A stretch of DNA of 64,000 bases from Proteromonas lacertae (Eukaryota): assembly GCA_002245135.1 (NCBI GenBank), contig NGBS01000606.1, forward strand, positions 1-64,000. Reading direction: 5' to 3'. Both the position numbers and the translations under genes were made by a program. Position 1 is the first letter of the stretch, and every line of letters begins with the position of its first letter. This document shows positions 1 through 13,800 of this stretch, piece after piece. The notes under the pieces were generated by a model. The model did no database searches and was not told the DNA's origin. It was given only the letters and a program-made list of their open reading frames with translations.

Positions 1-2588
1 TAATATATTCAGCAGTTAAAACATTATAACTTTTAGATGTTTCATCTATTCTATCATAATAATCACCTGTTATTACAAGATTAAACAACTATTCACATTA
101 TATTATAATGTATAGTATATATATATCATATATACTTGTTCTTTTGATAATTCATAACATGTTACTTCAATTGTCAATTCTACTCTATCACCCTTTATAA
201 AGTCTGGAGGAATTGTTATTACTTCAACGTTATTGTAACGATCTGGATACACTAAACCATTTGGATATATTATTGTGTCGTTTATTTCCACTGTTAAATC
301 CAAGTCATTCATACAAAGCTTCTTGAAGTCTTCTTCACTGGTGGATCATTCCACACTAATGTCACTTTGAACTTTTGCTTTGGATTATAATATACAGTTT
401 TAGTGTATTTATCTCTTTTAGTATAGAATCTATTATTATCTTTTATCAATTCTAATCGAAAGTGAGGATTATCTGCAAAATACAAAACCTTATCTAAAGA
501 AGCAATTCCAAATCCTTGTTTATGATTTGGCCATTCTTTGAATGTAACTTTTGCTCCTTGTTTTGTATAATATCCTTTTGCATTTTCACCACTATGAATT
601 AACATTGCTTTTACTAATGAAGAGGTTGGAGTAAGCCCATTTCCTGATACTTTTGTTCCTGTTGGATAATATCCTTCTTGTAAATACTGTTCAATAATTG
701 CAACAGCAGAAGCACCTAATGGAGTAGCCATTGATGTACCAGATTTAGTACTACACCACAACTATTATAATCAACTGGATTATTTTGTGAAGCAGCAGAA
801 GACCAAATTTCATCTCCCATGAATGAAATATCTGGTTTTATTCTATCATCATTAGTAGGTCCTTGAGATGAAAAATATGTTATATAATATTTTGTACTAC
901 ATTATAAATGATAAACATAAATATACTCTCTTGTGGTTGCATAGTATTGATGACTTGCTCCAACAGTAATTATATTTTTTCCTTGTGCTTGAGAGTCTAT
1001 AGATATACCTCTAGGAAGAAATTAGATTAAAAAAAATACGATAATTCACCTTCATTACCTGCAGCAAACAAAATGACCATATGCGGATTATTATATGCAT
1101 ATTCATCTATACTATATGTTTCCATGCTATATTTGTAATATTCAGCTCCCCAACTGTTACTAGATATAATACTGCCATAATCCTTCATTCTATCAAAGTA
1201 TTTTGATAAATCTTCTGGAACTGTCAATCCATCATCTTTCACTTGTATATCAATAAATGCAATTTTACTATCTTTAGCTAAAGAGTAAATAATGTAATAA
1301 AAGAAAATATGATTGAATTAATATATTGAAAAATGATATATTCGCTTCACTATCTTCATTTTGTAATGCACCAGCAGCTATTCCACAAACATGTGTTCCA
1401 TGTCCGTCTCTACAAATATAAACAATATATATATGAATTTATTATTATACTTTATATCACTTTTATCACCCATGTACTTTCATATCCTTGTACTTTTCTA
1501 TGATTTGACAGTTTAGTGTTATATTGTATTGATGCTGTTGTATCTCTAAATAAACAGTGAGACGTATCTAAACCAGTATCACCTATTCCAATTACTATAT
1601 TCTTTCCAGTTAACTTATTTCCTAAATACTTTACACCAGTACTAAAGCTCTCTGTATATCTGAAATGATTATAGGCTTGATTAGCTATACAAAACAATAA
1701 AATAAAAAATATATTAATAGATACATTTCACTCCACATATTTTACTATTATTGTGTGAAGATCTTAGTGTATTATGTTTTATCTTCAATTTTGGATCTAT
1801 TGATTCAATCATTGGTTCTAATAGTATGTAACTTAATACTTCATCTTCATTTCATCGTTTATTGATAACCTAATATAAGTATCAGAAGTATAATATTCAG
1901 AGAGAGATGAGTGCAATATTCGATAGTTAACAGAGTTAAGATTTCTCTTTAATAATTTATTTTCTCTTACCTTTTTGAAAGTATTTCTGTTGTTTTTCAT
2001 CAATTTTAGTATGTTTTCATAATTAATAACTGATTTGTCTTTTTCACTTTTGACCTTTTTTGTCTTATAAAGCTTGGATGATTGTAGCTCATCAACATAG
2101 AAATCTACTCCATTCATTATCATATTCTTTTCTTCCTTGTTAGAATTATCTCGAAATTTAATAACATATTCATCAGATATTTTATCTAATGTCAATAGCT
2201 TTATAAGTAAGCTCAACTCTTCATACTCGAAACTACAACTTGGATGATTTGTAAAATAGTCTTTTATCTTATTTTCATATGTATAAAAAATCATAGCACT
2301 TCCTTTATCACCTTTTATAAATTCTCTTCTTCCCAGTTCCTTTTCAAGATCTTCATTCAACACACAATCTGTTTTTACAACATACTCTTTGGGATCACTT
2401 GTAATATTGTAAAATGATTCATAATACTATATCAGAATAAATAAATAGTAAATGATTGAATGTAATACTCTATAAAATAATTTAGTATTCTCCTCATTTA
2501 TATTGATATAATCAATGTAGAATGGTTTTGCATCTGAAAAATGCACTAAAGCGATAGAGCAAATGAATAACAGAAATAGTATTTTCAT
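1..2588 (-). CDS. Subtilisin-like S8 serine protease (TagC/KP-43-like), paralog 1; 3' end runs off the window
   Basis: Signal peptide MKILFLLFICSIALVHFS from ATG 2588. Catalytic motifs GIGDTGLD, DGHGTHVCG, AAGNEG and SGTSMATP lie across exons, followed by IKPD and LVWNDPP. Three 1-bp deletions in homopolymers (~1478, ~746, ~315) break the frame. Confidence 0.88.
1285..1339 (-). other. Putative minor (U12-type) AT-AC intron, 55 nt
   Basis: ATATCATTTTT...TTATTACATTATTTAC. Removal joins EDSEAN|SLAKDSKI, matching the intron-free paralog 3 (YNSLAKNSRI). Confidence 0.7.
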
Positions 2589-2652
2589 AATTTTTTCATA
2601 CACCTAAAACGATCAAAAGATGTTAATTAAATAAATATGAATTTTGATATAT

Positions 2653-5553
2653 TTAAGGAGTAGGAACATTTATTTCTTCTGGAGATATTCTGTGATGATG
2701 TATTTCTTTCATTCTACAACGACATATACAATAACAACAAGCTAGTATCAAAAATAGAACAGCTACGCAAGCAGCTGATATTAATACTATATAAACAGGC
2801 TTCATTGTAGTTGATTCTGTAATACCACCATTCTCACTATCTGACTTCTTTGATGTTGGATTTACAATATATTGAGGGTTTTGACAAACAAGATCTACCT
2901 TCTTACCTGTAAAAGGATCAACAGAAATAATAGGTAATGGAAGAAGATTATATTCTTTAATTGGATCATTTTCATTATCATAGAATATACCAGTAATAAC
3001 AAGTGAATAATTCTGTGAAGAGGTTGAAATACTATCAGCACTAATGATTATTTCAGCAGCAAAATTTGATATAGTGTCATTACTATAATAGCATGGAGGA
3101 ATAGTAATAACTTGAACATTATTAGTATTATCTTCTTGTGATAGACTATTTGGATGGATTATTGTGTTATTCACTTTTACTTTTAAGTGTAAATGATTTA
3201 ATAAATAGGATGTTGCTCTATAATCAACTGGTGGATCATTCCATACTAAAGTAACTTTGAATTGCTGTGTAACTTAAAAAACATTAAGAAATACAATGAC
3301 ATTTATAAAAATATAAAAGAAAAGATATGTTAAAGTAATATTTGTATGAATGAATCTCATTTGAAGAAATACCTTCTTCTTCTAATAATAATAATCGAAA
3401 GTGAGGATTATCTGCAAAATATAAGATTCTATCTAAGGAAGCAATTCCAAACCCTTGACGATTGTTTGGCCATTTATCAAACAAATTCTTAGATTCTTGT
3501 CTTGAATAATATCCTTTTGCATTTTCACCACTATGAATTAACATTGCTTTTACTAATGAAGAGGTTGGAGTAAACCCATTTCCTGATACTTTTGTTCCTG
3601 TTGGATAATATCCTTCCTGTAAATACTGTTCAATAATTGCAACAGCAGAAGCACCTAATGGAGTAGCCATTGATGTACCAGAGAGTTGAAAGTAAGAGCA
3701 ATGCTCATAATTATCATTCTCTATTGCTTGTGATGAATATATACTTCTCCCCATTACAACTATATCAGGTTTGATTCGATTATCATTAGTTGGACCTAGT
3801 GAAGAGAAATATGAAATATAATATCTCGAACTATTCAGTATATACATAATAGTAATAATAGAATATATATACTCATCTGTTTCATCTTCATTAAAATCAG
3901 GTCTATTATTTGAACCAACAGAAATCCCATTTTTGAATTGAGCTTCTGAAGTTATTGTTGGATATCTAAATAATAATAACAATTATATTATACGGATAAT
4001 AACCATAGTTATTAGCAGCTATAAGTGCAACATGAGTAGGATTTGCATATAAGAATCTATCAAGATTATAAGATTCTATTGTATATTTATATTCATCAGT
4101 TCCCCAACTCATACTTGAAACAATACATCCATCATCCATTAATAATTTTAAATATTCTTCGCCAATGTCAATTGGTGTATATATATTTACACCACCTTCT
4201 CCTAAATCCCAAAATAATATTTTACTATCATATGCTAAAGATTAAAATAAATGTTAAAAATGAACTAAATAACAAACAATAACTATAGGAGGGAAAAATG
4301 ATATTTTTGAACTATCGTCAGTTATACTATATCCTGAAGCAATACCACAAACATGTGTACCATGTCCATTACTATATACAATACAATACAAATACATACT
4401 TTGTATCTGTACTATCAACATAAATGAAATACTCAACTACTTTCCTATGATTCATGTTTATATTATCATAAACAATATTATTGTTTTTATCATAAAACAT
4501 ACAATGATATATATCTAAGCCACTATCTCCAATTCCTAATAGTATATTTTTACCTGATAATTGGTGTTTCCAAGCTATTTCTTCACCTGTACTTAGACTT
4601 TGTAAATATTTTATATGACTAAAATCATCACTCTTTAATTGTCTACATGAACTTGTGTGATTATTGCATGAATATTCTTCTTGAATAATTGGAATAATTC
4701 TCTTTCTATGATTAATATAAACACTATCAATTTCATTTCGAGTGAGTAAATAACTTAAGATTTCATTCACTGATTCTGGCTCTATATACACTCTAAAACA
4801 AATTAAATAAATAAACAATAATACAGAATATGTTTCAATGAAGATGATTTTGGTTTTAAAATACGAAATGAATTGGATTTTAATCGTCTCTTTAATGATT
4901 GTTTATGTGATTTGTCTTTTATCTTTTTTCTTATACTCTTTGTGTTTTTCATAAGCTTAATTATCCTTTCATTGTCAATTACTTCGTCTAATACTTTTGT
5001 TTCCTTCATCTTTGTTTTATATGGTGATATTATGCTATTTACTTCATCCAAGTAATCTTCAACTTCATTCAATAGATGTATTAACTGATCTTCACTTTTG
5101 AGGTGGTTTTCTCTAAATTTCATTATATATTCATTATTTGTTGAATTTTTATTCTTAATAAAAATCAATTTCATAATTACACTCATTTCTTCATATTCTA
5201 GAGTGCAATCTTTATATTCAGAAAAACAATTCTTTATTTCACTTTCATTAGCATATATAATCATAGCAGTCTCATTAACACCTGATATAAACACACTTTT
5301 ACCAAACCATCCTTCAAAATCTACGCCTGAACTACAATTTGTCTTAATAACATATTCTTTTGGATCGTTTTCAAATCTTCTAAATGATTGGTAGTACTAT
5401 AAACAATAATAATTGTTGAATAAGAAAATGTGTAGATACCTTATTAAACAGTAATTTATCGTTATTTTCGAGGTTAAAATACTTTAAATAAAATGGTTCT
5501 ACACATTCACAACCTCTAAATACTATGAACAAAATAAACAAAAACTGACACAT
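2653..5553 (-). CDS. Subtilisin-like S8 serine protease, paralog 2, with C-terminal transmembrane helix and Cys cluster
   Basis: Motifs GIGDSGLD, NGHGTHVCG, SSLGPTNDNRIKPD and SGTSMATP; TM segment VYIVLISAACVAVLFLILACCYCIC; exons join in frame. Confidence 0.9.
3274..3328 (-). other. Putative minor AT-AA intron, 55 nt
   Basis: ATATCTTTT...TTCTTAATGTTTTTTAA. Removal gives YYFN|VTQQFKVTLVW, colinear with YYNPKQKFKVTLVW and YYNPKHMFKATLYW in the paralogs. Confidence 0.7.
4242..4304 (-). other. Putative minor AT-AA intron, 63 nt, at the same position as 1285-1339
   Basis: ATATCATTTTT...TTTTTAACATTTATTTTAA, containing in-frame stops. Removal gives DDSSK|SLAYDSKI. Confidence 0.65.
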
Positions 5554-5709
5554 TTTTCAAAAACTTTTCGTTTAAATAATCCCCAATTCTTTAAAACAGT
5601 TGTTAAATACACAAAATTCAAATAACAAATGTAAATAATACATATAAATATGTCATATAAAATTTAATCCTATCAAAAAAAACAGATTCTGATAGATTCA
5701 TTGATTAAT

Positions 5710-8547
5710 TCACTTCATTGTTGTTTTAAATCTAGCATTATTATCAGGTATTCTTTTAACAGATGGTTCAAAACAATTACCACCATCATCACTCTTCTCT
5801 CTCTCAGGAGTTGCTACTAATCTTCCTGTATTATGATTAGCAACAGTTGGTTTCTTTCTTCTCTTTCTGATGTTATAAGAACACATATATATGCATGTAA
5901 TAAATATCACTACTACTAATATACATCCAACAACAATGATTAGTATATACCCAAAAGCTAATTTTTCTGTAAATGAAATATATCCAGTTATTGGATCAGG
6001 AATAACAGGAGGAACAGGTAAAGGATCATAATAAACATCACGTTCATAATAACTATCGTAAAAATCACCTGTTAGGATTAAAACATATTCTTGCATTACT
6101 GAAAGATTTGAATATGTAACAACTACTTCTATTGATAATCTATCATTATTATATTCAATATAATTTGGTGGAATAATGATAACTTCAACATTATTTACAT
6201 TATCTAATGAGTTTCTACAATTTGCATTTAATAAAATTGTTCCATTAATGATTATTTGTATGTCCAAATCATTTAATAACAGAGATTTTGATTTTCTAGT
6301 AACTGGAGGATCATTCCAATACAGTGTTGCTTTAAACATATGTTTAGGATTATAATAATAATAAAATATTTGTGTTTTATTAGTTGAATGAATAATTTTT
6401 TCAAATATTTTTAATCTGAAGTGTTTATCATCAGCAAAATATAACACTCTATCCAAGGAAACTATCCCAAAACCTTGCTTACTGTTTGGCCAAGATGTAT
6501 ATTTATGTTCAGTATAATAATTCTCTTCAACATATCCATATGAATATTCAGCGCTATGAATTAACATAGCTTTTATTATAGCTGATGATGGTACAAATGA
6601 ATCTTCAGGATTCTTAGTACCACTTGGATAATATCCATCTAAGAAATATTCTTCAAGTATTGCTACAGCTGCTGCTGCTAAAGGTGTTGACATTGATGTT
6701 CCTGATTTGGTAGATTTATCACAATGTTGAGTAGTTGATAGTCTTTTAGATTTGGCAGAATATATTTCATCTCCCATTAGAATTATGTCTGGTTTGAATC
6801 TTCCATCAACAGTTGGACCTTCAGATGAGAACTGAGTTTCATAATACTTTGATCTATTTGTATATAAATAAATAATTATACTTCTCTTTTAATCCACTTA
6901 CTGAATTAGGTTGTAATGATGCTCCAACAATTATTGCATTCTTTGATTGGCTTTGACTTGAAATTGTTTTAGCACCTCTTTTTCCTTCATTTCCAGCTGC
7001 GTATATAACAACAAAAGTTGGATTATTATATCTATTGTAAAAAATATAATACTTCAATAATAACAATACATAAATCTATCAATTCTATATGTATCTTCAG
7101 AATAATAATATACATTAGCTCCCCAACTATTACTTGTTAATGAATCACCTTTACTCATCATCTTCTTAAAATAACTATTCTCAATATCACTTGGTGCAAC
7201 AATTATATCTCCATCTCTGCTTAAATCCCAGAAATCTATTCTACTATTTTTAGCTAAACTATTATAAGGAGCATCATTCATAGTAGAAGAACCAGCAGCA
7301 ATACCACAAACGTGTGTTCCATGTCCATTACTATAAACAAATATAATTAATTGACATACTTTAAATCTTCTATATCATTCTGTAATGTATTATAAGAAAT
7401 GACTTTTCTATGGTTATAATTTACTGAATTGTAATATATTCTCTCATAACTATCATAAAACATACAGTTTGTTACATCTAATCCAGTATCACCAATACCC
7501 ATCATTATATATTTACCTGTCAAGTTATGGTTTGATGCTATTCTTTTTCCTCCACTTAAACTTTCAGTATAAGCAAAATGATCATAATTAGCTGCTAATA
7601 CTATTTACAAATCATAATTAAACATATAGAATACCTCTACTTTCTCTTAAACTCCTTTTACAGTTTTTATTTTCTTTTATATCAAATAAAACATTCTTTA
7701 ATCTTGGAAATATATCAATCACTTCTTTTTCTAAACATAGATAACTAATTATTTCATTGATTGAAGTTGAATGGATGAATAACCTAAATATTTATATGAA
7801 ATATAGATATACGGCATATAATATTCATTATTATATGAATTACTAACTTCTTCTAATAACCTGAAAGAATTGCTTGATGAAATTAACAACCTTTTGTATT
7901 TCATTTTCTTTGCTTTTGATTTGATTGATTTTCTCATTTCCTTATTATGTTTCATTAATTGAAGGATTATCTCATGATCAATTACATTATTTGGCTGTGA
8001 CTGATCATTTATTTCTTTTATATCTTTTGATTCTACTGTTTTTAATTCATTTATATAAATATCCAGTTCATTCAATATTTGATTTATTTTGTCTTCTATT
8101 TTGATGTATTCATCTCTCATTTTCACTATATATTCATTACTCTGTTCTGATTCTTTTAAGAACAACAACTTCATCAGAATACTCATCTCTTCAAATTGTA
8201 ATGAACATTCTTTATTTTCTCTAAAATACTCTTCAATTTTCTCTTCACTAGAATATATTGTCATAACACTTTCTTTGCCCCCTGCCACAAATACTCTTTC
8301 TCCTAACTTTTCTTCAAAATCGATATTCGCACTACAGTTTGTTTTAATAATATATTCTTTTGGATCAGATATTACCTCTTTAAATGATTCATAATACTAT
8401 GGATTAAAGAAACAAACTAGAAATTTTACATACCTTTTGAAACAATTCTAGATCTTTCTCTTCTATGTCAAAATACTGCAAATAGAAAGGGTGAAGTTGT
8501 GTACATAAGGACACAGCGAAATAAGCCAGAAAAACAAACTGAAGCAT
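5710..8547 (-). CDS. Subtilisin-like S8 serine protease, paralog 3, type I membrane-anchored
   Basis: Signal peptide MLQFVFLAYFAVSLC; motifs GIGDTGLD, GHGTHVCG, YAAGNEG and SGTSMSTP; C-terminal TM helix. Confidence 0.9.
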
Positions 8548-8666
8548 ACTTGAAACGGATAAAAATACAAAAAAACAAAAAATGTAGCAAATGTGCAATC
8601 ATTGCATTTAATAAACACAACAATTTAATAATATAGGTTACCAATCAATTAATTGAAATATACTTC

Positions 8667-10147
8667 TTATATTAATTGTTTTTCTATATACTGGAATAAT
8701 TTCTCTTTCATTCTACGTTTATTGCATTTTAATGCACTATAATCCATAATCCATTTATACATTGTACCTATTTTAACATTTGATAAATCGAATTTCAACA
8801 GCTCATTAAGTGCTGGTTCAATCCTTGCATCATGAAATGGATAATATTCCATCTTAATTCTATTATTATTAGCTAAAGAGCATGCCATCCATTGAATCAA
8901 ACATTTCAATTCATGATTTCCATGATATACTCCACAACCCCAGTTACCAGTACTTAAAACTGTTTTATTTGTCTTTTTCTCATCAATTAAGAATGCAGTA
9001 TACGCTTTATTCAACTCTCTATCAATACAAGTCTTACTAAACTGATAAAGAGAATTATTTCCTTTGACTGTTCCATTATTCATGAAATGTAAAGCATCAA
9101 ATATAGTTATCTATATTAATAAAAAACAATTAATACATCATTTTGTATTACTCCATCTTTTACATCAGTAGTATCTTTAATAATTCCATTCAATACTGCC
9201 TTATTTCCATATCCCTCATATTTATTAAACGATTCACATCCTTGTACAAACACAGCTTCATTATCACTCATTTTCTCACACAATAGCACAGCCATTAATG
9301 ATTCTGGTGATCTCATTTCTATTAATTCTTCTTGTATTAATCCATAACCTAATACACCTCCACCTACTAAATTATTTGCAAATATTGAATGTATTGTATC
9401 ACTATTGTCTGTTAAACTACCTTCTGGTTTAATTGTAAAATCACAAAGAGTTTGAGTGACGTTTGACCAATCGATTGGGGCAGGTAATACATTACGAACT
9501 ATTCTTATATATTTACCTTCTGGATTATGTAATTCTTTTTCTTTCATACATTTGAAATATTGAAATAAACCAGCTATTTTTTGAGGAATTACTACTTTGT
9601 TAAAACCAAAATTTCTGCGATTTAAAATGTAACGGAATGTTGCACAATTCATAGGTGGATCTGGATATGAACCAATTAACAAATGAGACATTAGATAGGT
9701 TACATATTGACGATCTATAAGAATCTCTGAACTCTATACGAATATAATATATTAAACAACAATACAGATTGTGATTCAAGATAAGGCAATCTATTATCAT
9801 TGAATTCAATTAGTTTCTTTGAACATTCCAATATGTACTATTATTTTAAAAATTGTTTATCAAAAATATTATACGTTAAATACTCCATCATCATTTAGAT
9901 ATTCATTATAGTCTAAAACTCCACTACCATCTTTATTGAAAATTTGTGGTACAGCATTAGCAATTTGTTTTTGTTTGAATGCTAAGAACATATTACTGAT
10001 TTTTTCAACAGTATAAGGTGGTGTAGGAAGCTTTGATAAGAAATCTGACCAGTTTTTCTCTAATAAACAATATTTGTTTTCTTTCCATAACATATATGGT
10101 AAATTAATAAATTTTACTGCTTTTTTGCTAGAAGTAAACTTGAACAT
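8667..10147 (-). CDS. PARG: Poly(ADP-ribose) glycohydrolase
   Basis: Catalytic loop FANNLVGGGVLGYGLIQEE; motifs RELNKAYTAF and TGNWGCGVY; three GT-AG introns join the ORFs. Confidence 0.92.
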
Positions 10148-10243
10148 AGAGTTAACAATAATTCTATATTTTTGGGAAAACGAAATAATTTTCAGACACC
10201 CCGAATACAATTTTACATAAAAACGAATAAAATAAACAATTAA

Positions 10244-13200
10244 CTAAGTATTTAAAGGTTCTACTGGAGGTGTAACAGCAATAGGAAGTGGAGTACTACT
10301 TTCAGATTGAATTTCTTTCTTCTCTGAAGTTTTCATACTATCTGGTGTTTGAAAATCAAATTCATTTTTACTATTATTAGCTGCAGGTGTAGTAACATTA
10401 TGTGTCGAAGTACGATTAACAATTCGACTATTTCTATTAACTATACTATGTGTAGTTGCAGTATTACCATTAATATGAGTATGTGAAGTACGACTAACTG
10501 TTTTATGAGCTATACTACCATTACTAACACTGCTTCTATCTCCTTGCGTAGGATGAGAACCACATGTTCTTATCAAAACAGTTTTAGTAGTTCTTTGAGT
10601 TAATGTTGTATATCTTATTGCTTGGAAAGCTAAATTTGTACTTTCATTCTGTGTAAAGACAGAGTAACCACTACCTATTTGATTATTTTCATTCTTAGCT
10701 TGTTGTTCTTCTTTATAACCAACCATTTTCTCAACTACGGCATCTTGAAGTTCAGTATTCATTTGTTCAAAACCATTGAACCATCTTAACAAATCCTTTG
10801 CTTTAGTAGCATGAATACTACCTAAAAATGATTGTCCACAATTCTGTATTATCAATTGTAGAACTTCTTCATCTACTTTTTCAAATAATTGAGCATTTGG
10901 TTCTTCTTCTGCTGCTGTTTTTAATATTTTTTCTTTCAGTGAGTCACTAATATTCACTTGATATTTACCATCATCTTTAATATATTTATCAATCATTTTC
11001 TGTGTATAAACTTTTAATTTCTTTGGATCAGTATTTGGATTGTTGGCTATTTTGAAGAATTTTATTGAATCTAAGAAGTAATAAATGTTTTCCTCTAAAT
11101 GTAAATCTCTCATATGAAACATTAAGCAATATCTACTAATTGGATCAGCTAAAATCGCTGTATAAGTTGCATTAATTGATGTATAAGGTCCAATTACGAT
11201 TTTATTGGACATTCTGACATGAATAAATGTAGGAATACTAAGATAATATACTAATGATATAATAATGTAAATTATAACAATTGTCAATCCATCACCAAAT
11301 GAAATAGCATGTAATGCAAATAATAAGTCAATTATAATGAATAATAAATCACCTACTATAACAGCAATATTCATTATCAATAATTGCTTTTCTAGTTTAA
11401 TCCTTAATAATCTGAAACAATCAATGAGTGACACTAAATCAACCAAAATCTATAAGTAAATAATTAAAAAGCAAATATTTAGATAATCATACACTACAAG
11501 CTAATGCTAAAATCATATTCAAAACATCTGCTCCACAAGTTTCATAGTGAATTGGGATTCCTGCTCTCACATATTCATTCATATATTTGTTTTGGTATAA
11601 ACTTATTGATAGAACAGCTGTAATAATGAAGAAAACTCCAAATCTTTTGAAGTAAATACGATAATCTGCTTCTAACACCATATTCTTCTTTATTTCTTCT
11701 TCAGCTGTTTGATGACTGATACAATAATGTGATCTATTCATATTACAATATCAAATATTTTATACATACGATGCTATAAAAACATTAGCGAAGTAAAATA
11801 AATATAATCCAACCCAACAATTAATATCACCACTTGTTCCAGTTAAAATAAGAAAAGAAATTGTTATTAATACATAACCAAAAGCTCCTGAAAATATATA
11901 AGTTCTTTGTGTTGTAAGAGAAATAGCCAGATGTTTTTTTAAGAAAAATATAGAGAATAGTATTATTGATATAATGAAGGTAATACATGTAAATACCATT
12001 TGTATATAAAACAACCAAGAGGATGATATATTATCACAAGGAATATTTACATTTTCTGTTGGTATTTTTATACCTTTTGTACAAATATGTGGTTCTTTAT
12101 AAAACAATCTAACAGGCAAATCAGTGCTTTTACATTTCTTAAACTCCATATCAATATTAGATAATTTGCAATCATTCAATACAGCAACTGCATTAAATGA
12201 TACATCCTTATAACACTTTCCAGTAGTTGGTTGTGTATTTGTTATAGATATGAATGGCAAAGAACATTGAGTAATTGAATCATCATCACCATTTGATTTA
12301 CATTGAGTTAAATCGACAGTTATATTGAATGTATATGTTTCACCTTTAACTATTTCTCTATATATATCAATATTGGATGTATATATTGAAGCAGTACTTA
12401 ATTCTTTACGCAATTCAATTGTTAATGGCAATTCTCCATCGTTGTGAATTGATACACTTGATGTTGATGTTGTATCACCAGTATTATATCTGAATGTAAT
12501 TGTTGATTCATCTGATTTCCAGGATGCTAATTTTGTTAAATCAGAAATGGGAGTCATAAATACCATGTACAACGTTTTAAATACTTTTGGACTCCATGTT
12601 ACATAGTATTCAATTCCATTTATTGTCACTATAGAATGAGATAATATTAATAATTAGTTATACTTGTAATAATTCTCTCACTATACTCTCTGTGACTATT
12701 CAGTTCAGTTTCATTCATTTGCAACAGCTTATAAATGAATTTAAAATCTTCGGATTGATCTTGAAAATATCCTATATTATACAAACTAATATCATCACTT
12801 TCACTTTCACCTTCTTTCTTATGAAAGAATTGTTTCAGTGTATTATCATGTGCATATACAACATCTCCTGCATCAAGAATACATATAATATGACTATTCT
12901 TTGTAAAGTTGTATTTCTCACTAAATACATCAAAATAATCGATTATATTCAATTCGCTACTCATTGAACCAATTCTTTTACCTTTGTAATGCAATAAAGC
13001 ACAAAATGCTAAAACCCACATTTTGCCTCTAGGATCATTCTCACTTACGTATGGAGGAGATATGTATGGTTCTTGTGTTGGGTTCTGCTCTTCATTTCCT
13101 AGATAAGCCCAAAAGAATTCCTCATTATGCCAGATATCATCACTATAACCATAATCACATACTTTTGGAGCAGTATTTTTAGGATATATCATGTCGATAT

Positions 13201-13672
13201 ATGGAGAATCTCCTACTGTAATACCACCAGATGGACTATTCAACAAAAGATGAAGATATTCTAAAGCAGTATCACCTTTACTAAGAATATCAAGCATTTC
13301 TTGCTTTTCTGCATCATTCCAATTTGTTTTATTCGAACTTACAGGAGGAACATACATTATCATAAAATCACCAGCATCTTCTTCACTCATATTCATATGT
13401 CCATTATGCGTATCATCACAGTGAATAAAACTACTAGCGAGAAACCTGCTTCTAAATACCGGATAATCAGTTAAGACATGGGATTGAAAATCCACAGCAG
13501 CCATGTAATCAGCAAAATTCCCTGAAATATCATCATATGCAACTGTCGCTGTGTCTGAAACGCTTTGTTTGTCACAAACCAACCTATGTTACAAATATTC
13601 AGATTAACTATACAAAGACGAAGTGCTAATACCAGATAAAGTGATAATAAAAAGTAATATGCTGAATATCAT
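10244..13672 (-). CDS. Predicted receptor: signal peptide + dCache-like sensor + beta-rich/Cys-rich linker + ~7TM + RGS domain (~1090 aa)
   Basis: Five exons join in frame through four GT-AG introns. Cache-like motif PYISPPYVSENDPRGKMWVLAFCALLHYKGKRIGSMSSELNI; seven hydrophobic segments; RGS motifs EENIYYF and KYIKDDGKYQVNIS. Confidence 0.8.
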
Positions 13673-13800
13673 AAATTGTAATGATAGATTGAATAAATTA
13701 AAAAATAACAACCAACTCAAGCTAAATGTTTGAAAATCTTCATTTTCTTATCAAAATAAATGAACAATGTAAAAAGTAGATTAAGAAATTATTACTATTA

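Noticed and set aside
300..1490. Subtilase 1 as a pseudogene or programmed-frameshift gene
   Set aside because: The three breaks are single-base losses in homopolymers. Similar 1-bp indels hit likely essential genes (Sec16, uS5m), so long-read assembly error is more likely; polishing would decide.
5398..5439. GTATCT-starting intron as a GT-AG minor intron
   Set aside because: It lacks the following T-run and a branch motif, and the homologous introns in the paralogs have ordinary donors.
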